In this document: positions 50,230-59,695 of the stretch, one piece after another
How positions within the stretch are numbered: the first letter of the stretch is position 1
Layout of the letters: each line of letters begins with the position of its first letter
Assembly (NCBI GenBank): GCA_043806135.1
Contig: JAZDHG010000016.1
Coordinates: 42,110-106,109 of the forward strand
Origin: Candidatus Omnitrophota bacterium
Lineage (GTDB): Bacteria > Omnitrophota > Gorgyraeia > B26-G9
Direction of reading: 5' to 3'
Length of the DNA stretch: 64,000 nt
Made by a program: the position numbers and the translations under genes
Notes under the pieces: model-generated
The model's database searches: none
What the model saw: the letters and a program-made list of their open reading frames with translations, nothing else
Told to the model about the DNA's origin: nothing

Positions 50230-50913
50230 ATGGGACGGATTATTTTCATCGCAGTATTAATCCTTTTGTTTTCCTCTATAAATGCAGGAGCGATTCCATC
50301 TGAAGGTAATTTTTTGCCTGATTTACACAAAACAATCTGGGGTTTTCAATTTAACAATATCTTCCTGCGTGACTTTAATAAAGTCGAAGGCAAGGGGATG
50401 ACAAAGCAGTATTTTCTTAAAGCGAGTTACGGCTTAACGGAAAGGTTTTTTTTAGACGGAAAAATCGGCCAGGGCAGTATTAGGTTTAAGCGTAATGACA
50501 ATATTGATCTTGATTTTTCAAGCAGTTTTGCCGGGGGGTACGGATTCCGCTATCTTATTTTTCAGGATGACCGGAGCGGGTGGAAATCAATAATGGGATT
50601 TCAGCATATTAGCTGCCATCCGTTTAAAGACACGGTAGCAGGTATTAATTATCGCGTTATATGGGATGAGTGGCAGGGGACGTGGCTGTTTATAAAGGAA
50701 TGGGAAAAGACGGCTTTGCATTTTGGCCCGCAGTACAGTGCAGTGCAGCTAAAATACAAGGTTGATAATTTTAGGCGCCGTTTAAAGGCAGAGGACTCCT
50801 GGGGGTTACTGTTCGGCGGCGAATATCGCTTTACGAAGAAAGCAAGCATAAGTGCGGAGCTCAGGGTGCTTGATGAGTGGGCAATTAACACGGGGATTAG
50901 TTATAAATTCTAA
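50230..50913 (+). CDS. Outer-membrane beta-barrel protein
   Basis: Signal peptide, aromatic beta pattern, C-terminal ISYKF. Confidence 0.7.
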   Translation: MGRIIFIAVLILLFSSINAGAIPSEGNFLPDLHKTIWGFQFNNIFLRDFNKVEGKGMTKQYFLKASYGLTERFFLDGKIGQGSIRFKRNDNIDLDFSSSFAGGYGFRYLIFQDDRSGWKSIMGFQHISCHPFKDTVAGINYRVIWDEWQGTWLFIKEWEKTALHFGPQYSAVQLKYKVDNFRRRLKAEDSWGLLFGGEYRFTKKASISAELRVLDEWAINTGISYKF

Positions 50914-51197
50914 TTTAAAGCAGTGTATTGTTGTAATTTGGTGTTAACAAAGTGAACATCAACGAGTTGTTCGGATATGAAAACTCTTTTTCCTCCCGCC
51001 ACAAAGATTGGCGGACAGGCATTCTTGTTTTGCCTCAGGCGGGACTCCGAGCTGACCCCGTATTGTAGGGGTAAATCCGGACATAGAAACTGTATTTGTA
51101 GTTTCTAAGACCGAGTTATGTATTTCAAGGTCCAAAACAGTTATTCATATCCTGAAAGTATAAACATTAGGCGCAGATATACATAGAAAGTAAATAT

Positions 51198-51851
51198 ATG
51201 CAGTTTAAAAAATTACGTTTATGGGCAACATATCCGTTTGCTTTAGTATATATATTATTCGCGTATAAACAGGGCATTGAGTTCATTCCCGGCATATGGT
51301 TTATTTTGTCCGGATTGTTAGTGCGTTGCTGGGCAGCCGGATATATAAAAAAGATAAAGGTACTGACTACTGCCGGGCCATACTCTTTTGTGCGCAATCC
51401 GCTGTATGTAGGGAATTTTCTCATGGGCCTGGGTTTCTGTCTGTTTGTACGGGATTTAATGCTTAGCCTTCTATATATAATTTTATTTTTCTTCTTTTAT
51501 ATAGGAACCATGAAAAAAGAAGAAGCAGTGCTTACGGATCTTTTTAAGGAGGAATATATTAATTACAAGAATAAGGTTCCTGCCTTTATCCCCCGTATTT
51601 TGCCTTATGCCTCAAAACAGCCGATGCGCTACAGCTTAAAACAGGCGTATTATAATGGTGAGCTGATCAGAGTAGTTGTAACGGGTATTTTGCTTTCTCT
51701 ATCTTATTTTGGGGTTGATTTTCTTAAAGCAGAGTCTTTGGACAAGGGTGAGCTGTTTAGGGCAGGACTGCTTATTGCGGTACAGGGCATAATACTGCTT
51801 GTAATCATACAGCATAGAAAAGAGTTTGTTAAAAAACAGGACAAAAAATAA
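51198..51851 (+). CDS. ICMT/PEMT family membrane methyltransferase
   Basis: GPYSFVRNPLYVG and EE..L...F..EY..YK..VP.FIP motifs. Confidence 0.85.
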   Translation: MQFKKLRLWATYPFALVYILFAYKQGIEFIPGIWFILSGLLVRCWAAGYIKKIKVLTTAGPYSFVRNPLYVGNFLMGLGFCLFVRDLMLSLLYIILFFFFYIGTMKKEEAVLTDLFKEEYINYKNKVPAFIPRILPYASKQPMRYSLKQAYYNGELIRVVVTGILLSLSYFGVDFLKAESLDKGELFRAGLLIAVQGIILLVIIQHRKEFVKKQDKK

Positions 51852-51900
51852 CCTGCTGCTTATTTTTTAAACAGTAAGCACAATCACACAGAACCTATCA

Positions 51901-53586
51901 ATGCAGAAAACCTGGAATATACGAAAAATTGACGCAAAAAAACAGCAATCATTTGCCAAAGAGCTGGGGATATCTTTGATACTTGCACAGATTCTTTTGA
52001 ATCGCGGAATTCAGACAAAGGAGCAGGCGCGCAGTTATCTTTATGATGATATCAGCAAGTGTTTTGATCCTTTTTTGTTAAAAGGTATGAAAAAAGCGGT
52101 TAAGCGTACTCAAGAAGCGCTTGCTGGTAAAGAGAAAATTTTCATTTACGGAGACTATGATGTTGACGGCCTGAGCAGCACTGCTTTGCTTTATTTTGTT
52201 CTAAAAGACCTTGGGGCGGATGTCGCGTATTATATACCGCATAGAGTTGAAGAGGGTTACAGCCTGAATAAACAGGCGTGCATGAATTTAAAAAAACAAA
52301 AAGCAAAACTTATAATAACTGTTGATTGCGGGATAAGCAGTTTTAAAGAAGTAAAATATCTTAATTCTGCGGGCATAGACATCATCATAACCGATCATCA
52401 TCGTATAGTTGAAGGTAAAATACCTTCGGCGTATGCGGTAATTAATCCGATGCAAAAAGGATGTGATTATCCCTATAAGGATCTTGCCGGTGTAGGCATT
52501 GCCTATAAATTTGCTCAGGCGCTCACTCATGGAGTGATGGATGTAAACAGCCATCTTGATCTTGTGGCCCTGGGAACGATTAGTGATGTTGCGCCTTTAA
52601 CAGGTGAAAACAGGATTCTGGTCAAGCAGGGGCTCCAGGTACTGAGCAATACAAATAAGACAGGATTAAAAGCACTAATGGAGATCACCGGTATAAAAAA
52701 AAAGAAAATTTCAACCCAGCACGTAGGATTTATACTTGGACCGCGCATTAATGCCAGCGGACGTATGGGTTCAGCCGAAAAAGCGCTTGAGCTTTTGCTG
52801 AGTGATGACGATGAACATGCCTTGCGGCTTGCTAAAGACCTGGAAAATTATAACAGGCAGCGGCAAAAAGAGGAAGCTAAGACATTAAAGCAGGCTATTT
52901 CGATGATGCAAAGTGAAATAAATTTTAAACATCACCGCTCTGTAGTGTTACATAACGATGAGTGGCATCCCGGGGTTATCGGTATTGTGGCCTCGCGTAT
53001 TGCCGAAAAATATTACCGCCCGACGATATTGATTTCCACAAAAGATAAGATGGGCAAAGGATCAGGGCGTTCCATCAGGAACTTCCATCTTTTTGACACT
53101 CTTTCAAAATGCGGCCATTTATTGGAAAAATTCGGCGGGCATGAAAAAGCTGCGGGTATAAGTATTTTAAAAAACAACCTGCTTGATTTTAAAAAGTTCT
53201 TTAATGAAATGGTGCATAAGAGCCTATCCTGCGAGGAACTTGTTCCGGTTATTGACGTGGATATGGAAGTATCTCTTGACGTTTTATCTGAAAAGCTGAT
53301 AAATGAGCTTGAACTCTGCGCTCCTTTTGGCATAGGCAATCCGCGTCCTGTATTTGCTTCGCGTGATTTAAGGGCAAAAGACAGACCCAGGACTTTAAGG
53401 GGCAATGGTTTTAAAATATGGCTTACGGACGGCAAAGTGACCTGCGAGGCATTGGGCAGTAAGTTTAGCGATATTGATATTTCGGATATCAGCAGCGGGT
53501 TTTCCGTTGTATACTCTCCCTCTATAAATGACTGGCAGGGCATTAACACTATCCAGTTAAAACTCAAGGATCTGCAATTTTCCTGA
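51901..53586 (+). CDS. recJ: ssDNA exonuclease RecJ
   Basis: YGDYDVDG, TVDCG, TDHH, PRINASGR and GGHEKAAG motifs. Confidence 0.96.
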   Translation: MQKTWNIRKIDAKKQQSFAKELGISLILAQILLNRGIQTKEQARSYLYDDISKCFDPFLLKGMKKAVKRTQEALAGKEKIFIYGDYDVDGLSSTALLYFVLKDLGADVAYYIPHRVEEGYSLNKQACMNLKKQKAKLIITVDCGISSFKEVKYLNSAGIDIIITDHHRIVEGKIPSAYAVINPMQKGCDYPYKDLAGVGIAYKFAQALTHGVMDVNSHLDLVALGTISDVAPLTGENRILVKQGLQVLSNTNKTGLKALMEITGIKKKKISTQHVGFILGPRINASGRMGSAEKALELLLSDDDEHALRLAKDLENYNRQRQKEEAKTLKQAISMMQSEINFKHHRSVVLHNDEWHPGVIGIVASRIAEKYYRPTILISTKDKMGKGSGRSIRNFHLFDTLSKCGHLLEKFGGHEKAAGISILKNNLLDFKKFFNEMVHKSLSCEELVPVIDVDMEVSLDVLSEKLINELELCAPFGIGNPRPVFASRDLRAKDRPRTLRGNGFKIWLTDGKVTCEALGSKFSDIDISDISSGFSVVYSPSINDWQGINTIQLKLKDLQFS

Positions 53587-53727
53587 AAGATTTAAAAGTC
53601 ACCTCTGCTCATTAAACATACTAAGTTCTGCGTTTTTAAAATCAATCTAGTCTGTATAATTTTTACGTCAGAATTTACAAATCTTTAATTTACAAACAGT
53701 TATGATCACAATAAAAATCCTGCACTA

Positions 53728-53756
53728 TTGTAAAAATCATATTTACATGGTATACT
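53728..53756 (+). promoter_or_regulatory. Promoter of LSPA-motif protein 1
   Basis: TTGTAA-17 bp-TATACT with an extended TG. Confidence 0.55.
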
Positions 53757-53822
53757 TTAAAATCTTTTATATGCATAACATATTCATTGAATAATGGTTA
53801 TAGAAAACCTTAGGAGATATAA

Positions 53823-54920
53823 ATGGCCAAAAACAGGGGAAAAAATCTTTTTTTACTTCTGATGGTCCTATTTATAATCGCAGGGTCTTTTAATTGCAGC
53901 CGGGTTCTTTACGCGCAGGAAAATACCCATTGTATGTTACAAACTGCAAATCTTTCTCCTGCGCTTAAACTCCCTGAACAGGTATTTCAAGAGAGCTGGA
54001 GGGATATCATCGTTGACTTTTATATGCGCAGCAGTATATTGAGCGAATATGAATATCGGGTGTTAAAACTGAATGTCTTATTTAATGTAAAAATAAATCC
54101 GGCTGATATTGAACGAAGTTTATTGAATTCTATCAGCAAGGAAGATATTCCATACTATTTTTACGAAGCCACGCCGGATAAGGATTTAATAAGAAAAACA
54201 AGACTGAAAATCCGCAATAAATTCGAAATGATCCTTATTGAATATGGATGGGAGCTTGATATAAGCATGCTTAGATACCTTGAAGCCTTAATGAAAAAGA
54301 TCGCGGCGAAACAGGATAAAGATATTTCCGCATATCAAATGCAGATAACAAAAGTGTTGAACACTCTTACAGACGAAGAGATGCTGCTTTTTAAAGCCCA
54401 GCCGCGCTCTTTACAAGAGCATGCATTAAAAAAGAAGGTTATGTATCTTGTTAACGGAGAGATTGTTAAAGAAGGCGTTTTGATCGATTCAAAGGTAGGG
54501 GATGCCGTGGCTGATGCGGTTGAAGCAAAAAAGCAGAATCTGCTTTCTCAGGTGCGGTTTTACGTTAATATTCATAAGGATGAATTAAAACAGCAGCTGT
54601 ACAGTGAATTGCTTAGTGAAATAAGTTATTATTCTGCTCGCCATTCACGCTTAAGTCTCCAAAGGCAAAAGGTTCGCGCAGAAGCATTTGGAATATTCAT
54701 GGAATGGCTTAAAAGCAAAGAGAGTACGCTATCCTTTGATAAAGTGACGCTTTATAAAGAGGGGGAATTATGGGAATCGCGCTATTGGTTTATGCTTGAT
54801 GAGATCATGCGGGAATTAATTGAGGCAGGTTCTCTTGTAAACATTATTCCTGAATTGCCAAGTAGTAATCCGCCTCATCTACAAATACAAAACAGCCTAA
54901 TTATTAGCCAGGCAATATAA
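53823..54920 (+). CDS. Exported hypothetical protein, LSPA/QAI-motif family member 1
   Basis: Signal peptide; NLSPALKLPEQVFQ; ends IISQAI. Confidence 0.8.
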   Translation: MAKNRGKNLFLLLMVLFIIAGSFNCSRVLYAQENTHCMLQTANLSPALKLPEQVFQESWRDIIVDFYMRSSILSEYEYRVLKLNVLFNVKINPADIERSLLNSISKEDIPYYFYEATPDKDLIRKTRLKIRNKFEMILIEYGWELDISMLRYLEALMKKIAAKQDKDISAYQMQITKVLNTLTDEEMLLFKAQPRSLQEHALKKKVMYLVNGEIVKEGVLIDSKVGDAVADAVEAKKQNLLSQVRFYVNIHKDELKQQLYSELLSEISYYSARHSRLSLQRQKVRAEAFGIFMEWLKSKESTLSFDKVTLYKEGELWESRYWFMLDEIMRELIEAGSLVNIIPELPSSNPPHLQIQNSLIISQAI

Positions 54921-54980
54921 TTTCAATCAAAAATAAACATAACTCTTTATTTTACAGCATGTTGTGAGCAGGGTATTTGT

Positions 54981-55009
54981 TTGCAAAGCAATGTGTTGTG
55001 TGGTATACT
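54981..55009 (+). promoter_or_regulatory. Promoter of LSPA-motif protein 2
   Basis: TTGCAA-17 bp-TATACT with an extended TG. Confidence 0.55.
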
Positions 55010-55094
55010 TTATCACCTTTTTTAACGTGCTTACAAAATGACTTTTTAAGAGAGAAATAAACAGGAAAAAGAAGGATTTAGATGGGTTTTTCAG

Positions 55095-56999
55095 GTGAAT
55101 AAATTTACGGTAATGAGAATTATAATCTTTATTCTTATTCAGGCATTTTTGTTTTCTACCAGTGCCTTTGCCCTGGGAATCTCTGTGTCATCTTTCTGTG
55201 ATAAAAACTGTCTGTCACCTGCAGTACAGCTTAAAACAAATAATTTTCAGAAGTTTTTTTTAGAACGCAGCTTGCAGCAGAATACTGCGGATAGTTTTCA
55301 GGAATACATAAAGCAGAAAATTATTGCAAAAGGAGGCAGAATAAGCTTTGCGGAATTCATGGATGATGCCTTGTATTCAGAGCACGGATTTTTCCCCAAG
55401 ATTGTAAATATTGGATACAACAATGTGTTCTCTTCTGATCCTGTCAAGGCTAAAGAAAAAAAGCATTTTAATACCTATGCAGAATCGCTGCCTTTTGCGC
55501 ATTCTCTGGCAATACAATTGATCGAGATGTGGGAATTAATGGGTACGCCGGATAAGTTTAGTATTGTTGAGATGGGAGCAGGCACAGGTGTTTTGGCAAA
55601 GAATATTATTAGTTATATACAAGAGCACAAACCGCAGCTTTATAAAAGCTTAGATTATGTAATAGTGGATATAAGCGAGAGGCTTATTGAGATACAGAAA
55701 GAGACTATAAAAAAGAAATTTAAGGATACGAAGGGTGTCCCTATCCGCTGGGAAAGTGGGGATGCTTTTCATCTATCAAAATTGGAGGATATTGAAGGAG
55801 TATTTCTTTCCAATGAAATGCCGGATAATTTTGCTGTTCACAGAATAAAAAAAGTTAACGGCAGATTCCTGGAAGTATATACTGCATTTCATGAAGGAAA
55901 TTTTGTGGATAAGCTTGGTCCGCTGTCAACTCCTGAGCTTAAAGCATATGTTGAGAATATTGGAGTTGAAATACAAGAAGGCCGTGAAATTCCTGTTAAT
56001 CTGAATTTGCGTGTTTGGCAGGAAAATATGGCTAAGGCACTGAAAAGAGGTTTTGTGATCACTATAGATTACGGCGGAAAGATCGAGGAAATAAGTGAAG
56101 AGCCTTATGCTGTGTGGAATAAGGAAACTAATGACATTGAAGACAGATCAGAAAAAATGAAATATATATATGATAACAGCGGAAACTGTGATATCACAGC
56201 CAATGTTAATTTCTTTGATACTGCTAAATGGGGTAAATCAGCTGGATTAAATGTGCATGGATATACGCTGCAAAGAGATTTTCTCGAGAACTTGGACTTT
56301 CATAAGATCCTGGATAATTTACAAAGACAGGATAAGCCGGAGCCGGGGCTGAAATCCCTTTCTAATGACATTGTCACTAATTTTCACTTTAAAGTGCTGG
56401 TTCAAAGTAAGGGGCTTGATGCGGATATTCCGCTTGCTGGCTTTAAGCAAATGGATGGATTTTTCATGAAGTATGAACAGAAAATAAGTTTAATATTGCC
56501 GATAGGCCCCAAGGAAAGCAAGTTTATCGTAGTAACTAATGATTTTAACCTGCAGAGTGAGCATGTAAAAAGAGGACAGGAAGGACTTAAAAAATATGCA
56601 GACTCTATTCGCGATTACAGGACTAAAACAGAAATAATCGAGGGTACAAATAATATGAGAGAGGGTAAGTATGTGCTTGATTTAAAACGCAAGGATTTTA
56701 GCGAGGGGTTTTCCGATTTAAGGATCTATAATGATAAAGGCGAGCTCATTTTTAATGCGAAAAACATTTCCGATTATGAAAAAGAAGCGTTTGTAATGAC
56801 AAAAAAGGCTTTTGATCAACAATACCGGACACGCTTTGATCTAAGCGATAAGCATATTACAAATGCTCCGGAGTTGTTTTATGTGCATCCCGACGGTTCT
56901 CTCCTGATTGTTCCACCGATTTTTCTGCCTGAAGGCGTTGTAGACAAGAAAGAATCCATTGATCAAAATCCAAACTTTATTCTGGAGAAATCGATTTAA
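55095..56999 (+). CDS. Exported MidA/NDUFAF7-like SAM methyltransferase, LSPA-motif family member 2
   Basis: Signal peptide; CLSPAVQLKTNNFQ; ISFAEFM..ALY, EMGAGTG, SNEMPD, IDYG and DITANVNF motifs; ends ILEKSI. Confidence 0.85.
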   Translation: MNKFTVMRIIIFILIQAFLFSTSAFALGISVSSFCDKNCLSPAVQLKTNNFQKFFLERSLQQNTADSFQEYIKQKIIAKGGRISFAEFMDDALYSEHGFFPKIVNIGYNNVFSSDPVKAKEKKHFNTYAESLPFAHSLAIQLIEMWELMGTPDKFSIVEMGAGTGVLAKNIISYIQEHKPQLYKSLDYVIVDISERLIEIQKETIKKKFKDTKGVPIRWESGDAFHLSKLEDIEGVFLSNEMPDNFAVHRIKKVNGRFLEVYTAFHEGNFVDKLGPLSTPELKAYVENIGVEIQEGREIPVNLNLRVWQENMAKALKRGFVITIDYGGKIEEISEEPYAVWNKETNDIEDRSEKMKYIYDNSGNCDITANVNFFDTAKWGKSAGLNVHGYTLQRDFLENLDFHKILDNLQRQDKPEPGLKSLSNDIVTNFHFKVLVQSKGLDADIPLAGFKQMDGFFMKYEQKISLILPIGPKESKFIVVTNDFNLQSEHVKRGQEGLKKYADSIRDYRTKTEIIEGTNNMREGKYVLDLKRKDFSEGFSDLRIYNDKGELIFNAKNISDYEKEAFVMTKKAFDQQYRTRFDLSDKHITNAPELFYVHPDGSLLIVPPIFLPEGVVDKKESIDQNPNFILEKSI

Positions 57000-57013
57000 A
57001 TTAATTTAAAAAG

Positions 57014-59119
57014 ATGAAAAGTAAAATTAAAAAAATAACAGTATATATATTAATTGAATTATTTATTCTGATTGAAGTTGCTTTGGCAGGAACAGGAAAA
57101 ATTATGCCTGATGCCGGAAACAGCATGCTTTCTCCTGCTTTGCAGATACCGGGTCAGATTTTTCAGAACATCTTTCTTAATAGCGACCTTGCTAAAGCGG
57201 TTAATTCTGTGCGGGTTGAGATAGGAGATAAAACTGAAAAAGACAACAAATTTGTCTGGGAAATAGAAGTTTATTTTCAAAATGACCAGCCGGGAGTACT
57301 GAATAATATCCTGCACAAGATATCTCCCGGGGTAGAGATTATCTGGTTTGAAATGTCCAGAAGAGATGGTGTAAGTTCAATAAAGATAGCGATTTCAACA
57401 GAAAAAAAAGAGCTGCTGGATACAACAGTCAAAGGTTTTAAGGAAATCAAAGATAAAAAAATTTATGTTCAAGAAAGTAGACACAGAAGTCTGGTTCTTA
57501 ATATCTCCCTGATCCAAGCGGAGAAAAGCTTGATTTTGATAACAGATTACCTGGCTCTACAAGATATTAATGTGTCAAAGTTTTTGACGCCAACCGTGAC
57601 CAGGACAGGCTATTCTAATTTTGTTTTTGAACTGGAAGTACCGGAAAAGACAAATATCAGATCTGTAGAAGCCGACCTTAGCTTTATAACCAAAGGTGTA
57701 GATGGTCATATGCAGCTGAGCAAGGGACAGCTGATAAATAAAATATTCCAGGAATCACTGCTGAAGAAAATAAATACACCTTTATCTAAAAAAGAAGAAC
57801 ATCAATTGCTGCGGGCCATTAAGATAGTAGGCAGGAGACATATAAGCGAATCAAGAAAGGACAGAAAAACCCCATTTATCATGCATCAGGTAGAAGCAGT
57901 TCAGATACTGGTAAATGAAATAAAGATTTTATCCCCGGAGGTTGTTTCCTTTATTGCCAAAAGTTTACAGGTTAATAAGGACGAGGAGGACGAGATTAAG
58001 GCCATAATACTTTTAGCTGCTCTTTTGCATGATGCTGTCGAAGATGGGGATATTTCATTAAAAAAGATTAAGAAGAAATTTGGGGTAAGGGTGGCGGATA
58101 TGGTTAAACTGCTGAGCAAGGAGGATATCCATAGGAGTAAACAAGGGGAGGCGGTTTATCTTGGTAACATGATAGAAAAAAAAGATATTATCGGGCTTAT
58201 CACACAGATCGTCAAGATTGCCGACCGCATTAATAATTTGCGGACTTTAGTAGATAATGATCGAGAATTTCAAAGAAAAATATTTTTTTCTACTTTAAAC
58301 ACTTTTATACCTGTATTTATAGATAAGATTGACCTTAATGGGATTGAGAATAAGCCGTTGCGGGAAGTTTTTAAGCGGGCGCTGCAGTTATTTGAGAGAC
58401 AGGTGTATCTTACCGGGCGGGAGCTTGGGCTTATTAATAAGCAGGGAAAGATAAACAAAGAGGGATACCGTATTTATGAGCAGGAAGAAAAACAGCGCCA
58501 GAAGAAGATGATCCTTGAAATAGGCAATTCGAAAAAAGTGCTGGCGTATGGAGTAGATGAATCCAAGGTCGGGTTACAGGGATTAGCGGATATTTTAATC
58601 CAAGGTTATGTCAAAGCACGGAAAACAAAGTCTGGTTATGTAATCTTTGCCGGTCCGTTGAGGCCGCAGAGAGTGGATGAACAGTATTTCGATTATATCG
58701 CGGAATCATCCGGAGATTACGGCCCCTACTATGTTATCTTGGATCCGGCAATAGAAAATATCAGGATTGAGCATAAAATAGGAGAAAAAAAAATCATAAT
58801 GCCTGGATTTTATAAAGCTCGGAAAGTAGGTATTGGTACATGGGGCTTACCCTATAAATATCATGGAGCTTATCTTGTGCCCACTGAAAAGGACAGACAG
58901 TTTTTAATTAAAAAAATTGAACAGGCGCTAAAACAATCCAGGATAAATATGGACTATGCCAAGCAGATCACTCAGAAAATCATTACTTATTTTGAGTTTA
59001 TACAGGCAAAAGAGGAAGTATGCCTGCTTAAGGTTGAACAAGGTGATACAGAGTCTGAAATGATAAGAAAAAAAGTGCTGAATTTATCCTGTAAAATATT
59101 TGTTGAACAAGCAATTTGA
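57014..59119 (+). CDS. Exported ACT plus HD (p)ppGpp-hydrolase-like protein, LSPA-motif family member 3
   Basis: Signal peptide; MLSPALQIPGQIFQ; DQPGVL ACT; RKD..PFIMH, AALLHDAVED and VKIADRINN motifs; ends FVEQAI. Confidence 0.8.
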   Translation: MKSKIKKITVYILIELFILIEVALAGTGKIMPDAGNSMLSPALQIPGQIFQNIFLNSDLAKAVNSVRVEIGDKTEKDNKFVWEIEVYFQNDQPGVLNNILHKISPGVEIIWFEMSRRDGVSSIKIAISTEKKELLDTTVKGFKEIKDKKIYVQESRHRSLVLNISLIQAEKSLILITDYLALQDINVSKFLTPTVTRTGYSNFVFELEVPEKTNIRSVEADLSFITKGVDGHMQLSKGQLINKIFQESLLKKINTPLSKKEEHQLLRAIKIVGRRHISESRKDRKTPFIMHQVEAVQILVNEIKILSPEVVSFIAKSLQVNKDEEDEIKAIILLAALLHDAVEDGDISLKKIKKKFGVRVADMVKLLSKEDIHRSKQGEAVYLGNMIEKKDIIGLITQIVKIADRINNLRTLVDNDREFQRKIFFSTLNTFIPVFIDKIDLNGIENKPLREVFKRALQLFERQVYLTGRELGLINKQGKINKEGYRIYEQEEKQRQKKMILEIGNSKKVLAYGVDESKVGLQGLADILIQGYVKARKTKSGYVIFAGPLRPQRVDEQYFDYIAESSGDYGPYYVILDPAIENIRIEHKIGEKKIIMPGFYKARKVGIGTWGLPYKYHGAYLVPTEKDRQFLIKKIEQALKQSRINMDYAKQITQKIITYFEFIQAKEEVCLLKVEQGDTESEMIRKKVLNLSCKIFVEQAI

Positions 59120-59349
59120 TTTATGGTTAAATTACCCGCAATTTTTCCGCAATGTTAAACTTCTAACTTCAAATAATATAAAATGTTATACTTATTTTAT
59201 ATCAAGCTGCTGGTTGAGAAAATCATTGATTTTTACCTGGATAATAGCTATACTAAAAATACTGTTTTAATAGTCAATCATGATTAATTTCTTGTATAAA
59301 ATCACGGGTTAGTCTGTATTAGACATTATAAGGAAATATAATACAGAAA

Positions 59350-59658
59350 ATGCTTATTCTTGCATATATTATTGAGGGGCTTGCAACCGTTCTTGGGCTG
59401 GTATTGACAATAATGTATTGGTTGCTTTTGATCCGGGTGCTTATCAGCTGGGTTAGCCCGGACCCTTATAACCCGATTGTTCAATTTCTACACAGAGCAA
59501 CGGATCCGGTGCTTGAACCGCTGCATTATTTATTAATGCCATTGACCATGCAGATTAGAGTAGACCTGTCTCCTTTGCTGGCTTTTTTTATTATTGTATT
59601 TTTACAAAGGTCTTTGGTGGGAGTCTTGTTCCATGTCGCTTATTTGCTTAAACAATAA
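59350..59658 (+). CDS. YggT family membrane protein
   Basis: RVLISWV.PDPYNPIV..L...TDPVL and DLSPL motifs. Confidence 0.9.
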   Translation: MLILAYIIEGLATVLGLVLTIMYWLLLIRVLISWVSPDPYNPIVQFLHRATDPVLEPLHYLLMPLTMQIRVDLSPLLAFFIIVFLQRSLVGVLFHVAYLLKQ

Positions 59659-59695
59659 GTTGTTTTTGCTGCCTTAAGTAAAAAAAGGAAAAAGC

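Noticed and set aside
54938-54967. dif-like sites flanking the LSPA-motif genes (also ~53678 and ~59163)
   Set aside because: Only weak AT-rich palindromes, closer to an IHF-like CAAnnnnTTR pattern; insufficient support.
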